Below, one piece after another: positions 24,296 through 37,724 of a stretch of 64,000 nucleotides of DNA; positions within the stretch are counted from its first letter, which is position 1; each line of letters begins with the position of its first letter. The DNA is from Macrostomum hystrix (Eukaryota; Animalia; Platyhelminthes): the NCBI GenBank assembly GCA_950097015.1, contig CATNEN010000003.1:12896001-12960000 (forward strand). Direction: 5' to 3'. Below the pieces are notes generated by a model that did not search any database, was not told where the DNA came from, and saw only the letters and a list, made by a program, of their open reading frames with translations. The position numbers and the translations under genes were made by a program.

Positions 24296-25490
24296 ACGAG
24301 TGGGGGAATGGGATGAGAGAGTGGGGGAATGGGATGAGAGAGTGGGGGAATGGGATGAGAAGTGGGGGAATGGGATGAGAGAGTGGGGTAATGGGATGAG
24401 ATAGTTGGGAAATGGGATGAGATAGTGGGATTATGGGATGAGATAGTTGGGAAATGGGATGGGAGAGTGGGAGCATGGGACGGGAGAGTGGGAGAATGGG
24501 ATGAGAGAGTGAGAGAATGGGATGAGAGAGTGAGAGAATGGGATGAGAGAGTGGGGGAATGGGATGAGAGAGTGGGGGAATGGGATGAGAGAGTGAGAGA
24601 ATGGGATGAGAGAGTGGGGGAATGGGATGAGAGAGTGGGGGAATGGGATGAGAGAGTGGGGGAATGGGATGAGAGAGTGGGGGAATGGGATGAGAGAGTG
24701 GGGGAATGGGATGAGAGAGTGGGGGAATGGGATGAGAGAGTGGGGTAATGGGATGAGAGAGTGGGGTAATGGGATGAGAGAGTGGGGTAATGGGATGAGA
24801 GAGTGGGGGAATGGGATGAGAGAGTGGGGTAATGGGATGAGAGAGTGGGGTAATGGGATGAGAGAGTGGGGTAATGGGATGAGAGAGTGGGGGAATGGGA
24901 TGAGAGAGTGGGGTAATGGGATGAGAGAGTGGGGTAATGGGATGAGAGAGTGGGGGAATGGGATGAGAGAGTGGGGTAATGGGATGAGAGAGTGGGGTAA
25001 TGGGATGAGAGAGTGGGGGAATGGGATGAGAGAGTGGGGGAATGGGATGAGAGAGTGGGGGGAATGGGATGAGAGAGTGGGATTATGGGATGAGAGAGTG
25101 GGGGAATGGGATGAGAGAGTGGGGTAATGGGATGAGAGAGTGGGGGAATGGGATGAGAGAGTGGGGTAATGGGATGAGAGAGTGGGGTAATGGGATGAGA
25201 GAGTGGGGGAATGGGATGAGAGAGTGGGGGAATGGGATGAGAGAGTGGGGGGAATGGGATGAGAGAGTGGGATTATGGGATGAGAGAGTGGGGGGAATGG
25301 GATGAGAGAGTGGGATTATGGGATGAGAGAGTGGGGGAATGGGATGAGAGAGTGGGGGAATGGGATGAGAGAGTGGGGGGAATGGGATGAGAGAGTGGGG
25401 GAATGGAGAATGGGATGAGAGAGTGGGAGAATGGGATGAGAGAGTGGGAGAATAGGATGAGAGAGTGGGAGAATAGGATGAGAGAGTGGA
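24296..25490. repeat. 21-bp G-rich minisatellite (gggatgagagagtgggggaat)n
   Basis: Tandem units. Confidence 0.96.
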
Positions 25491-26084
25491 ACATATAATG
25501 GGATGAGGAGGGAAATATATTGCATAAATGAAGTGGGGGCGGAGCAGATGTACTGATTGAATCTGTGGCTGGTCGATACAATTATCTGAAGTGTCGCATC
25601 CTCAAGCGTCTAAGAGAAAAACTATAGTGTCAATGCTTGCCGGATGCAGGTTTTGAAGTGAATGAGATTTTCCGGTTTCCCTTATTTGGTTTAGCCGCTT
25701 TGGGAAATTATCGATCCATTGAAATCGCAGGTGGTGCCTGAGCATTCCTGGAGAGATGCCAGACGGTATCTTGTTCCAAAATGCCATCCGTGTTGCTAAT
25801 CTATTCAAATTGAGACTGTGAAAAAAATGTCTGAGAATGCAATGGGAGAAGGATAAATGGGAAGGCAAACTGGAAATTGTAGCGAAGGCTATCGGCATTT
25901 TTGAGCTTGGTAGAGCTAAAATGTGACGAGGAATCAAAAGCTTGTGGGGTCGGATGGATGGAGCTTAATTCAGAACGCGACTGAAGGACGTCAGAAAAAA
26001 GGCCGTCTGCTGTGATCTTGGCTTTGGAGAAAGTGCATCGCATAGTAGACATACCAGTAGCTTGGATAGCATTAAGAGAGCGGC

Positions 26085-26372
26085 AGCATATAGATAGCAT
26101 ATGCAGAAGCATAGATAGCAGATACAGAAGCATAGATAGCATATGCAGAAGCATAGACAGAAGCATAGACAGAAGCATAGATAGCAGATACAGAAGCATA
26201 GATAGCAGATACAGAAGCATAGATAGCAAATGCAGAAGCATAGATAGCATATGCAGAAGCATAGATAGCATATGCAGAAGCATAGATAGCATATGCAGAA
26301 GCATAGATAGTAGATACAGAAGCATAGATAGCAGATACAGAAGCATAGATAGCACATGCAGAAGCATAGAGT
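26085..26372. repeat. 21-bp minisatellite (agcatagatagcatatgcaga)n
   Basis: Tandem units upstream of the GPCR. Confidence 0.92.
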
Positions 26373-26704
26373 GCATAGTTAAAAAACAGTGGTACAAAGT
26401 TCTCTGCTCTGCCTACTGGGGAAGTTGTTTAGTCGTCATTCATTGGTCGACAGCCGCTGCCTTCAACTAAAGTAGCTCGTCATTGGCCAGCCTGTCGTGT
26501 CCTGTGGTGTTGGCGTGGGCAATCGTCGGATAAGCTGGCTAAAAGTCCAGGAGGATTTCTATAACTTTAGTAAGGCTGGGTGTGAGACTGCACAATAAAA
26601 AAGGTTAACCCAATAAGCCGAGACAGATACTGCAGATACTGTTGTGGAAATACAGACAAGCATTCAAGGCTATATCAGCTAGCAGGACAAGAACCCGCAG
26701 CACA

Positions 26705-29049
26705 ATGTCCTTGGGTATCTTAAAAGCGACTCAGGTAATAGACTTTTTCTCGGCCAACCGGACCTCGGTGGCTGCCGAATACGAGGATTTCATGTACAGG
26801 CAGGTTTGGCTCCGACTGTCCAATCCATTCTATCTTGGCCTGTGCGCGGCTTTCAATGCACTGTTTGTGACAGCCCTAATTGGTAACCTGCTGGTACTGT
26901 ACGCCATTGTGTCTAGCTGGTCGCAGAGAAAGGCTCACAGATGTTTGTACCTGAATCTCATCGTCAGCGATCTGCTAGTTGTTCTAATAATCATTCCGGC
27001 TACCTGTGTGGAGCAGATAGACGGGCGCTGGCTGTTTGGCGGCTCACTAGGCTGCAGCATCCGACAAGGCCTGAGCGTCTGCCTGATGATAATCATTGTG
27101 CACACGGCCACGCTGCTCAGCTGGCTCAGAAGTCTGGCTGCCAAGCGCTCTTATCGACCACCCCAAGGACGCACAGAGTGCCTGCTAGTGGCTGCCATCT
27201 GGCTCGTGGCTCTGGCCCTGTCCTGCCCAGTTGCGGCTGTCTCCGAAGTTCAACAGCTACTGCGCGACCTCAACGAACAACTGGCAGCTACGCTGGATCG
27301 GCCCATAAACTGGCCCGTGTGCACCGAAAACTGGGACCGGCTTGGCGGGATGTCGAAGTTCTGGTACAGCTTCATCATCCTGCACCTGGGCTGCATTGCC
27401 CCCCTGCTGAGCCTGGGTGTTGCCTACTTCCGCATCTGCCGAGTGATCTACCGCAGCAACCGGGTGCTCAATGCTCACAAACGCTGTCAGGGTGTCCTGA
27501 CTGTCAGCTATCATCATCATCATCAGCGACAGAACCAGCCGAACTCACCCGACAGCACCCTGTTGAGTATTCGTCAACATTTCTCGCTGGCGTCAACATG
27601 TAGCGCTTTAAATAGACGGAAGAGAGCAACGAATTCCAGGAGAATGTTCCTGCTGGGTGTCGGACTGGTTCTGATCTTTGCTGTCACCTGGCTGCCTTTG
27701 CAGGTGGGCTTCTTCTTCTGATTATATAAAGGCTTTTTAGTGATTTGCGCATTCACCACACGAAGACAAATATATGTAAAAGACTAAAACTAACAGAGAG
27801 AAGCATTGAAGCATAAGAAGAAAGATATCAGAGATAAGATATCTATTCCAAGCATAGATATCAGAGAGACAGGCATAGATATCAGAGAGAGAGAGAGGCA
27901 TAGATATCAGAGAGAGAAGCATAGATATCAGAGAGAGAGAGGCATAGATATCAGAGAGAGACAGGCATAGATATCAGAGAGAGAAGCATAGATATCAGAG
28001 AGAGAGAGGCATAGATATCAGAGAGAGAGGCATAGATATCAGAGAGAGAGAGGCATAGATATCAGAGAGAGACAGGCATAGATATCAGAGAGAGAGAGGC
28101 ATAGATATCAGAGAGAGACAGGCATAGATATCAGAGAGAGAAGCATAGATATCAGAGAGAGAAGCATAGATATCAGAGAGAGAGGCATAGATATCAGAGA
28201 GAGAGAGGCATAGATATCAGAGAGAGAGAGGCATAGATATCAGAGAGAGAGGCATAGATATCAGAGAGAGAAGCATAGATATCAGAGAGAGAGGCATAGA
28301 TATCAGAGAGAGAGGCATAGATATCAGAGAGAGAAGCATAGATATCAGAGAGAGAAGCATAGATATCAGAGAGAGAGGCATAGATATCAGAGAGAGAAGC
28401 ATAGATATCAGAGAGAGAGGCACAGATATCAGAGAGAGAGGCACAGATATCAGAGAGAGAGGCACAGATATCAGAGAGAGAGAGGCACAGATATCAGAGA
28501 GAGAGGCATAGATATCAGAGAGAGAGGCACAGATATCAGAGAGAGAGGCACAGATATCAGAGAGAGAGGCATAGATATCAGAGAGAGAGGCAAAGCTGCA
28601 GAAGGATTGGAATAGTAAGCAGAGAGAGCAAGAGAAGCTCTTTAGACGCGGAAAGGTAGTCCGACTTTCGTACGTGTACAGTCTCGAATCTATTAACCCG
28701 ATTTCCATTTTATTCATCACCGCAGCTGACTCAAGTATTCCGCGACTACTTTGGCATCTCGGAGAAGATCAAGCCAGAAGTTAACCCTGACTTTCACCCT
28801 TTGCTAACCCTGGTTCACGTGTTGGCCCTAATGAACTCCCTGGTGAATCCGTTCTACCTGCTGGCTACCCACGCCTGGTACAGAAAATGCAGCAGAAGGC
28901 TTCTCCGCCGACTTCGCTGCAGATTCGGCCAGCCATGCTGTCACATCGCCTGGCACTGCGACGTCCGTCTCGGCCTTCAAGTGGTGGCAGTTCGACGAAC
29001 TCCGGCCGGAAGCGGCGCTGCTGCTGTTGCTGCACCTGTTGCTTTGTGA
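26705..29049 (+). CDS. Rhodopsin-family (class A) peptide-receptor-like GPCR, 2 exons: 26705-27703, 28726-29049
   Basis: TM1 GN (ALIGNLLV), TM2 NLIVSDLL, ECL1 WLFGGSLGC, TM4 W (AIWLVA..P), ECL2 CTENW, TM5 P..Y, TM6 FAVTWLP|, then in-frame exon 2 with TM7 (ALMNSLVNPFY) and basic helix 8. Confidence 0.88.
27850..28592. repeat. About 21-23-bp minisatellite (gcatagatatcagagagagag)n in the GPCR intron
   Basis: Tandem units. Confidence 0.95.
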
Positions 29050-29670
29050 GGCTGCTGTTGCTGCACCTGTTGATTTGTGAGGCTGCTGTTGCTGCACCTG
29101 TTGCTTTGTGAGGCTGCTGTTGCTGCACCTGTTGATTTGTGAGGCTGCTGTTGCTGCACCTGTTGCTTTGTGAGGCTGCTGTTGCTGCACCTGTTGCTTT
29201 GTGAGGCTGCTGTTGCTGCACCTGTTGATTTGTGAGGCTGCTGTTGCTGCACCTGTTGATTTATGAGGCTGCTGTTGCTGCACCTGTTGCTTTGTGAGGC
29301 TGCTGTTGCTGCACCTGTTGATTTGTGAGGCTGCTGTTGCTGCACCTGTTGCTTTGTGAGGCTGCTGTTGCTGCACCTGTTGCTTTGTGAGGCTGCTGTT
29401 GCTGCACCTGTTGCTTTGTGAGGCTGCTGTTGCTGCACCTGTTGATTTGTGAGGCTGCTGTTGCTGCACCTGTTGCTTTGTGAGGCTGCTGTTGCTGCAC
29501 CTGTTGATTTGTGAGGCTGCTGTTGTTGCACCTGTTGATTTGTGAGGCTGCTGTTGCTGCACCTGTTGATTTGTGAGGCTGCTGTTGCTGCACCTGTTGC
29601 TTTGTGAGGCTGCTGTTGCTGCACCTATTGCTTTGTGAGGCTGCTGTTGCTGCACCTGTTGCTTTGTGAG
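29018..29670. repeat. 31-bp minisatellite (gaggctgctgttgctgcacctgttgctttgt)n overlapping the GPCR stop codon
   Basis: About 21 units; the first unit supplies the last codons and TGA. Confidence 0.95.
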
Positions 29671-30707
29671 AAAGATTATGAGAAAGATGGAAAGTTTATG
29701 AGAAAGATAGAAAGAGAAAGGAAGGAGACTATGAGGAGAACTACTATGACAAAGGTAGAGATAGTGTTTGTCAGAGATAAAGACTACGAAAACGAAAGAA
29801 TGATAATGAGTGCTGAATGTACTTTTAGCATATTTAAAATGATAAACAGCAATTTGCTATCTTGAAAATTTATTTTTTCACTCGTCTGTTCATATTTTTC
29901 CTGTGCTAATTAACAAAAATCTCTCTAGACGGTATTATTGATAAAAATCCAGATTGCGACACTTTACTCTAGCAAGATTTCAGAATTGGAATTAAATTCA
30001 CATTTCTGTAACACTTCTAATTTGATAGTATTTTTGTTGCTTTGTTAATATTCTCAAACTAAATTTTTCGTTTAAAAAAAACACTAAATATTTCGCAGCA
30101 TATTAATCTTTCTGTTTCTTGCGGTATCCAATGCCATTCTGTTCTCTCGTTATCAATTCGTCCTCATTCCATCTCTCTTCTATCCCAAATAAATGTCAAA
30201 ATATTCCTAGCAGTGGATCTACGTACGCGCGCAAGACAGAATTAAAATACACAGGTGTTTTTCCTGCACTATAACCACCTGCCACTCAAGCTTGGAAGAC
30301 TGATTCTGCTTTCAGCACTTGCTACATAGCTTTTTTTCACTTTCCTAGCGTTCTAGCCCTAGTCTGGGCCTTAGAAACGTGTCGCTTCTTACTGAGCAGA
30401 TTAGCTGCTGGCATTGGTCTGACATGGTTGGCTTGAGTTTTTAGTCTTGAGCCATCGATTTCTCAAGATTGGATCCGAATAGATCCCAACCTTGAATCCC
30501 AACAATTAACTCAATGAAAATTTTCGAGATTAATGACTACCAGCTGCTAACCATTAAAATAATTACTTTGGGAATCATTTGAGCTACGCATAGTTCATTC
30601 GAGAACTGGCTTTGTCCGGTCAGCTGAACTTAGACAAAATACTTTTTGACAGCCAATTCTCACGTTCAATTATTCATTTTGTTAATAAAACACAACGAAC
30701 AAGCCCA

Positions 30708-31168
30708 GCAGCCAACCCCCCAAAATTCCCTCAGCCGAACCCCACCCCAAAATTCTCTCAACTCAGCCATCCCCCACCCCAAAATTCTCTCCACTTAGCC
30801 ATCCCCTACCCCAAAATTCTCTCCACTCTGCCAACCTCCCACCCCAAAATTCTCTCAACTCAGCCAACCCCCACCCCAAAATTCTCTCCAGTCAGCCACC
30901 CCCCACCCTAAAGTTCTCTCTACTTAGCCATCCCTCACCCTAAAATTCTCTCCAGTCATCCAACCCCACACCCCAAAATTTTCTCAACTTAGCCAACCCC
31001 CACCCCAAAATTTTCTCCACTCAGCCAACCCCCACCCCCAAATTCTCTCCACTCAGCCAACTCCCCACCCCAAAGTTCTCTCCAGTCAGCCAACCCCCAC
31101 CCCAAAGTTCTCTCCACTCAATCAACCCCCACCCCAAAATTATCTCCACTCAGCCAACCTCCACCTCA
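30708..31168. repeat. About 32-bp C-rich minisatellite (cagccaacccccaccccaaaattctctccact)n
   Basis: Degenerate tandem units. Confidence 0.88.
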
Positions 31169-32699
31169 ATTTCAGTCGAGACGCGTAGCCCTCTGCACTC
31201 CAAGCTGTCAGCACTGATTACAGTCTCGCGTCTCGCGTATGGAACTAGCTCGTCTAAATAAAATAACTCTGCTTCATCAAGAATTTATTATTCAATTTAT
31301 ATTGACAGCTTCTCCTGCAAAACTCCAGTTCACAAAATATTCGTTCCTTTACAAACAGATTTTTTCAATGTCTGGCAATGGCTGCTGGAACACCTGTTCG
31401 TTGGTATTCGCTCTCTGTACTTTTCCACATAACTGACAATCTCTCTGCTAAGTAGATAGATTTTTTTGTATCTAGAGAGGCTCACACAAGAGGTACCCCA
31501 ACACAAAAAATGCTTCAAGTGGAGGAAATTCAGAGAAGTTCAGCTAGTAGAATCCATGGGCTGTTGAATAGCTTTGCAGCTCCTCTTCAATCAGCTTGAA
31601 GGGCTTCATCTTCATGGAATTTGTTATATTGTATTGACAATGTTGCTACTGTAAGCTTGTTTGTATAAATTATACATAAGTAAATGCATTCTTCTGTGTC
31701 TAAAATATGTTGATTTCAGTCTGACAGTCGGCATATAATTATTGTGTCCATGCAGGTCGACCTCTGATTCCACTAGCTGTAAAGTGAGTGCATGGATATT
31801 GGAATATATTGGCTGCTAAGAAAATCTATGTTTACCCACTCAGGCAAGCCTCCAATATTAAGTCCCCTGAGACATGTGAAGATCAGACACACCAAAGGCC
31901 GAGAGAAGACTTACAAGGACTCTGACTCACATTGGAAGGTATTTTGGCTTGTGGGCCACGAAAAATGACCTGCCCGAAAACTGACCTGAAAGATTTGGAA
32001 ATGATAGAAAACCTATTATACTTGCTAAACCTACGATTGGTTAAGTGAAGCAATGCATCAGGGTGTGTCACAGAAGCAGTCAAGTGTAGCACCAGAAACT
32101 GCATAGCTTTGACTAGATCCTCTCCTATCAGCACAGCTTCGCATTAATTCCCTAGCAATAGAAGAGCATAAAAAGCAGAGGGAATCCTATAGTTCGAGTC
32201 TTGACTAGAACTGAAAGGCCCGGTCCCTATCAGGCCCACAAAGTTCAATACACGCTCGCAATATATGCAGATATTTAGTACAAGGCCTCGCCTCGAGGGA
32301 ACGGGAGCAAAAAAGAGAAGAAGACAGGAAAATGTGAGAAGGCGGAGGCAATGAGCCGGTTGCTCCAAAAAGGCGTATCCCGAAACGAGAGCGCTTGACA
32401 GCCTTCTAAACGATTAGCTCAAGAGCAGTACTCTTAAAAGTGCGGTCAAGCGAAATAAAAAAACTCCTTCTACTAAAAGTCCCCTTCTACTAAAAGTGAT
32501 AAAACGCTAGTCTTTCCGAGTTCTCGAATAGGAATCACGAAGATCGCTAATTCCTTGAGCTCAGAGCCAAAAAATTGATCCACCTGTTGCATATAGAGTT
32601 GCTTAGACGAATCCGTTCTTTGAAATCCTTTAGCTGAAATACGTCACGGCTGCAGGACCTTTGTCTCTCTCCCGCGGCCCACCTGTCTCTCCCTTGCGG

Positions 32700-34575
32700 C
32701 CTGCCAGCACCCGCCACCCCACTATAGCGCCTTTCCCTCGCGACCTGTCAGCACCCCAACCCCACTATATTGTCTCTCTCGCAGCCTGCCAGCACCCACC
32801 ACCCCACTATAGTGTCTTTCTCTCGCAGCCAGCCAGCACACACCACCCCACTATAGTGTCTCTCTCTCGTAGCCCGCCAGCAACCACAACCCCACTATAT
32901 TGTCTCTCTCGCAGCCTGCCAGCACCCACCACCCCACTATAGTGTCTCTCTCTCTCGCAGCCCGCCAGCACCCACCACCCCCACTATAGTGTCTTTCTCT
33001 CGCAGCCAGCCAGCACCCACCACCCCACTATAGTGTCTCTCTCTCTCTCGCAGCCAGCCAGTACCAACCACCCCACTATAGTGTCTCTCTCTGTCGCAGC
33101 CCGCCAGCACCCACCACCCCACTATAGCGTCTCTCTCTCGTAGCCCGCCAGCACCCACCACCCCACTATAGTGTCTTTCTCTCGCAGCCAGCCAGCACCC
33201 ACCACCCCACTATAGTGTCTCTCTCTCTCTCGCAGCCAGCCAGTACCAACCACCCCACTATAGTGTCTCTCTCTGTCGCAGCCCGCCAGCACCCACCACC
33301 CCACTATAGTGTCTTTCTCTCGCAGCCCGCCAGCACCCACCACCCCACTATAGTGTCTTTCTCTCGCAGCCCGCCAGTACCCACCACCCCACTATAGTGT
33401 CTTTCTCTCGCAGCCCGCCAGTACCCACCACCCCACTATAGTGTCTCTCTCTCTCTCGCAGCCAGCCAGTACCAACCACCCCACTATAGTGTCTCTCTCT
33501 CTCTCGCAGCCAGCCAGTACCAACCACCCCACTATAGTGTCTTTCTCTCGCAGCCCGCCAGTACCCACCACCCCACTATAGTGTCTTTCTCTCGCAGCCA
33601 GCCAGCACCCACCACCCCACTATAGTGTCTCTCTCTCTCTCGCAGCCAGCCAGTACCAACCACCCCACTATAGTGTCTCTCTCTCGTAGCCAGCCAGCAC
33701 ACACCACCCCACTATAGTGTCTTTCTCTCGCAGCCAGCCAGCACACACCACCCCACTATAGTGTCTTTCTCTCGCAGCCAGCCAGTACCAACCACCCCAC
33801 TATAGTGTCTCTCTCTCGTAGCCCGCCAGCAACCACAACCCCACTATAGTGTCTCTCTCTCTCGCAGCCCGCCAGCACCCACCACCCCACTATAGTGTCT
33901 TTCTCTCGCAGCCAGCCAGCACACACCACCCCACTATAGTGTCTCTCTCTCGTAGCCCGCCAGCAACCACAACCCCACTATAGTGTCTCTCTCTCTCGCA
34001 GCCCGCCAGCACCCACCACCCCACTATAGTGTCCTTCTCTCGCAGCCAGCCAGCACCCACCACCCCACTATAGTGTCTTTCTCTTGCAGCCAGCCAGCAC
34101 CCACCACCCCCACTATAGTGTCTCTCTCTCTCTCGCAGCCAGCCAGTACCAACCACCCCACTATAGTGTCTCTCTCTCTCGCAGCCCGCCAGCACCCACC
34201 ACCCCACTATAGTGTCCTTCTCTCGCAGCCCACCAGCACCCACCACCCCCACTATAGTGTCTTTCTCTCGCAGCCAGCCAGCACCCACCACCCCACTATA
34301 GTGTCTTTCTCTTGCAGCCAGCCAGCACCCACCACCCCCACTATAGTGTCTCTCTCTCTCTCGCAGCCAGCCAGTACCAACCACCCCACTATAGTGTCTC
34401 TCTCTGTCGCAGCCCGCCAGCACCCACCACCCCACTATAGCGTCTCTCTCTCGTAGCCCGCCAGCACCCACCACCCCACTATAGTGTCTTTCTCTCGCAG
34501 CCAGCCAGCACCCAACACCCCCACTATAGTGTCTCTCTCTGTCGCAGCCCGCCAGCACCCACCACCCCCACTACA
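32700..34575. repeat. About 45-bp minisatellite with palindromic cactatagtg core (copy A, expanded)
   Basis: Tandem units ccccactatagtgtctttctctcgcagccagccagcacccaccac. Confidence 0.95.
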
Positions 34576-35439
34576 GCACCTCTTCCTTGGGGCCTGCCAC
34601 CACCCTACACGCCACTATAGCACCTTTCTCTCGCGGCGTGGGCTGTCAGCACCCAGTCGTATGGCAATTTTTACGGCTTGCATGCTGTATATTTTTATTG
34701 TTCGCAATAACTGTACAAGTAATAATTTAAAAATATACAACAGCAAAAAACAAATAAACCGCTAGTTAATATTTTATAAGATTAAATCAATAAAAATGCT
34801 TGTGTCATTAGTGCCATTATAGAAATTTCGGAATAGAATAATGTTGGATTTTATTTAATTAACGTTACATTTTACTGCCGCTTGTTGCCTTGCAATGGAA
34901 TAGTTTTACAAGTTTTCACACAATAGAAATCAGGTGTTAGTGTCAGACGCCGATGTCTTCCATTCCAATCGATCTATTGTGAAACCCGAAGCCGCCAGAA
35001 ATGACGGTAGCTGAGCCGTAAAGATGATAAGCATTCAGCTGACTCAACTTGTTCAATGCCACACCGTTGCCATTGCCGCCACTGACACCATTAGCTGCGA
35101 CTGGTCCAGAGGTGCCTCGGACTTCGTCGACATTGTGCGCCGAGTCGTTGCCGCTGCCGTCACCGCCGCCGCCGGCCACGCTGGACTCCTCGTCAGGCGA
35201 GCAGCCGCAGATGCCCTTCTTCTTGATGGCCTTCATCATCAGGCCGGAGAAACGACGCGGACGCACCCTGCTGGCGAAGTAGCGCTTCTCTTCCAGCAGG
35301 CACAGTTGGTCCAGGGTGCCGATGTTGTGCTCAAACAGGTCGGCTCCGATAAGTTCCTCCTCCACTGTCATGCGAATACCCATCGTCACCTTCAGCAGCT
35401 GAGGGAATAGGGATATTGTGAGGAGGCTTTAAGTGAGGC

Positions 35440-35900
35440 TTGTGTGGAATGAAGTGGACTTGTTGTGGAGTGAGGTGGGTGTGGAGTGAGTTGGTTGTGG
35501 AGTGAGGTGGGTGTGGAGTGAGTTGGTTGTGAATTGAGGCTTGCGTAGAGTGAGGTAGGCGTGCAGTGAGGTGGCTGTGAAGTAAGGTGGGTGTGGAATG
35601 AGGTGGGTGTAGAGCGAGGTGGGTGAGGAGCGAGGTGGGTGTGGAGTGAGGTGGGTGTCAAGTGAAGGGTATGTGAAGTGAGGCTTGCGTTGAGTGAGGT
35701 GGCTGTGAAGTGAGGTGGGTGTGGAAGGAGGTGGTTGTTAAGTGTGGTGGTGTGGAGCGAGGTGGGTGAGGAGTGAGGTGGGTGTCAAGTGAAGGGTATG
35801 TGAAGTAAGGCTTGGGTGGAGTGAGGTGGGTGTGGAGTGAGGTGGGTGTGGAGTGAGGATAGTGTGGAGCGACGTGGGTGTCTAATGAAGTGGGTGTGTT
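35440..35900. repeat. 16-bp (ggagtgaggtgggtgt)n degenerate array (copy A)
   Basis: Tandem units; counterpart at 46115-46525. Confidence 0.88.
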
Positions 35901-36219
35901 ACGGACGTAATTAAAAAAGTTCATTGCAAAGCTATGGGAGTTTACGAATAACAAATGGCACGCGAGAATTTTTAGTGAGCACATTCTTTTCGTTCTATTA
36001 GAAAATGAATGTGTGCCTGACGAAATAACCTAATTAGTGTGACTACAATACTGATACGTGATCGCCTCATGCATGGAATATGAAAATCTCATTAGTTTGC
36101 TGGATTTTTTGGATTAAAAGAAAGACAGATAATAAAAGCCATCATGCGGATTCTGGACTAGTTTTATTATTTAAGGCTCGTTCGTGATTATTTATTGCCT
36201 CGCTGAGAAACTTAGGCTA

Positions 36220-37352
36220 CATGAGAAAGATAGAGAGATAATGAGAATGATAGAGAGACTAGGAGAAAGATAGAGAGATAATGAGAATGATAGAGAGATA
36301 ATGAGAAAGATAGAGAGACTATGAGAATGATAGAGAGACTATGAGAATGATAGAGAGACTATGAGAATGATAGAGAGACTATGAGAAAGATAGAGAGACT
36401 ATGAGAATGATAGAGAGACTATGAGAATGATAGAGAGACTATGAGAATGATAGAGAGACTATGAGAATGATAGAGAGACTATGAGAAAGATAGAGAGACT
36501 ATGAGAATGATAGAGAGATAATGAGAAAGATAGAGAGACTATGAGAATGATAGAGAGACTATGAGAAAGATAGAGAGACTATGAGAATGATAGAGAGACT
36601 ATGAGAATGATAGAGAGACTATGAGAATGATAGAGAGACTATGAGAAAGATAGAGAGGCTATGAGAAAGATAGAGAGATAATGAGAAGATAGAGAGACTA
36701 TGAGAAAGATAGAGAGATAATGAGAAAGATAGAGACTATGAGAAAGATAGAGAGACTATGAGAAAGATAGAGAGACTATGAGAATGATAGAGAGGCTATG
36801 AGAAAGATAGAGAGACTATGAGAAAGATAGAGACTATGAGAAAGAGAGAGAGACTATGAGAAAGATAGAGACTATGAGAAAGATAGAGAGACTATGAGAA
36901 AGATAGAGAGACTATGAGAATGATAGAGAGGCTATGAGAAAGATAGAGAGACTATGAGAAAGATAGAGACTATGAGAAAGAGAGAGAGACTATCAGAAAG
37001 ATAGAGACTATGAGAAAGATAGAGAGACTATGAGAAAGATAGAGAGACTATGAGAAAGATAGAGAGATAATGAGAAAGATAGAGAGACTATGAGAATGAT
37101 AGAGAGACTATGAGAAAGATAGAGAGACTATGAGAAAGATAGAGACTATGAGAAAGAGAGAGAGACTATGAGAAAGATAGAGACTATGAGAAAGATAGAG
37201 AGACTATGAGAAAGATAGAGAGACTATGAGAAAGATAGAGAGACTATGAGAAAGATAGAGAGGCTATGAGAAAGATAGAGAGACTATGAGAAAGATAGAG
37301 AGGCTATGAGAAAGATAGAGAGATAATGAGAAAGATAGAGAGACTATGAGAC
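36220..37352. repeat. 20-bp (atgagaaagatagagagact)n array (copy A, expanded)
   Basis: Tandem units; counterpart at 46848-47288. Confidence 0.95.
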
Positions 37353-37724
37353 TTTGAAGTCAAAATAAATATTGGCGGAAAAGAAACAGTTTATTCAAAT
37401 AATATACCCATATATACCCGGTACCCACCCCCAGAGACAGGACGGTAATTAGCGCACTCCAACAGGCGATGCACAGGCAGGTGAACAGTTGAATGCCCAG
37501 CAGTTTAAAGCCGCCACCGTGTAGAAGTCCGATTTGGCCATTGTTCATATCGTCAAGGGGATCTTGGTCTACGAAAATGCCGCATGCGATCATGCCCTGG
37601 GTTTGGTGAGGTTTTAACGGTGCTCAGGGCTATTGCGGAGCAACGACCAGTTGGACAAACTAAGATTTTATCTAACGCGAACTTTCAACGCGTTTTAAAG
37701 AGGCTGTCACTCACACAACTCTCT

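Larger units (their letters stand above)
34943..37596 (-). pseudogene. Duplicated last two exons of Amt (37596-37429, 35398-34943), with intact ORF and splice sites and no upstream exons
   Basis: Translations match 47620-47453 (GMIACGIFVDQDP..) and 46075-45620 (LLKVTMGIRMTVEEELIGAD..). Confidence 0.85.

Noticed and set aside
28828-29655. Poly-Q-rich minus-strand ORFs
   Set aside because: Antisense reading of the 31-bp minisatellite
32700-34575. CRISPR-like palindromic repeat, or SP6/T7 promoter-like cactatag
   Set aside because: No unique spacers and no cas genes in a eukaryotic context. Only about 10 nt match the phage promoters, embedded in a genomic tandem unit.
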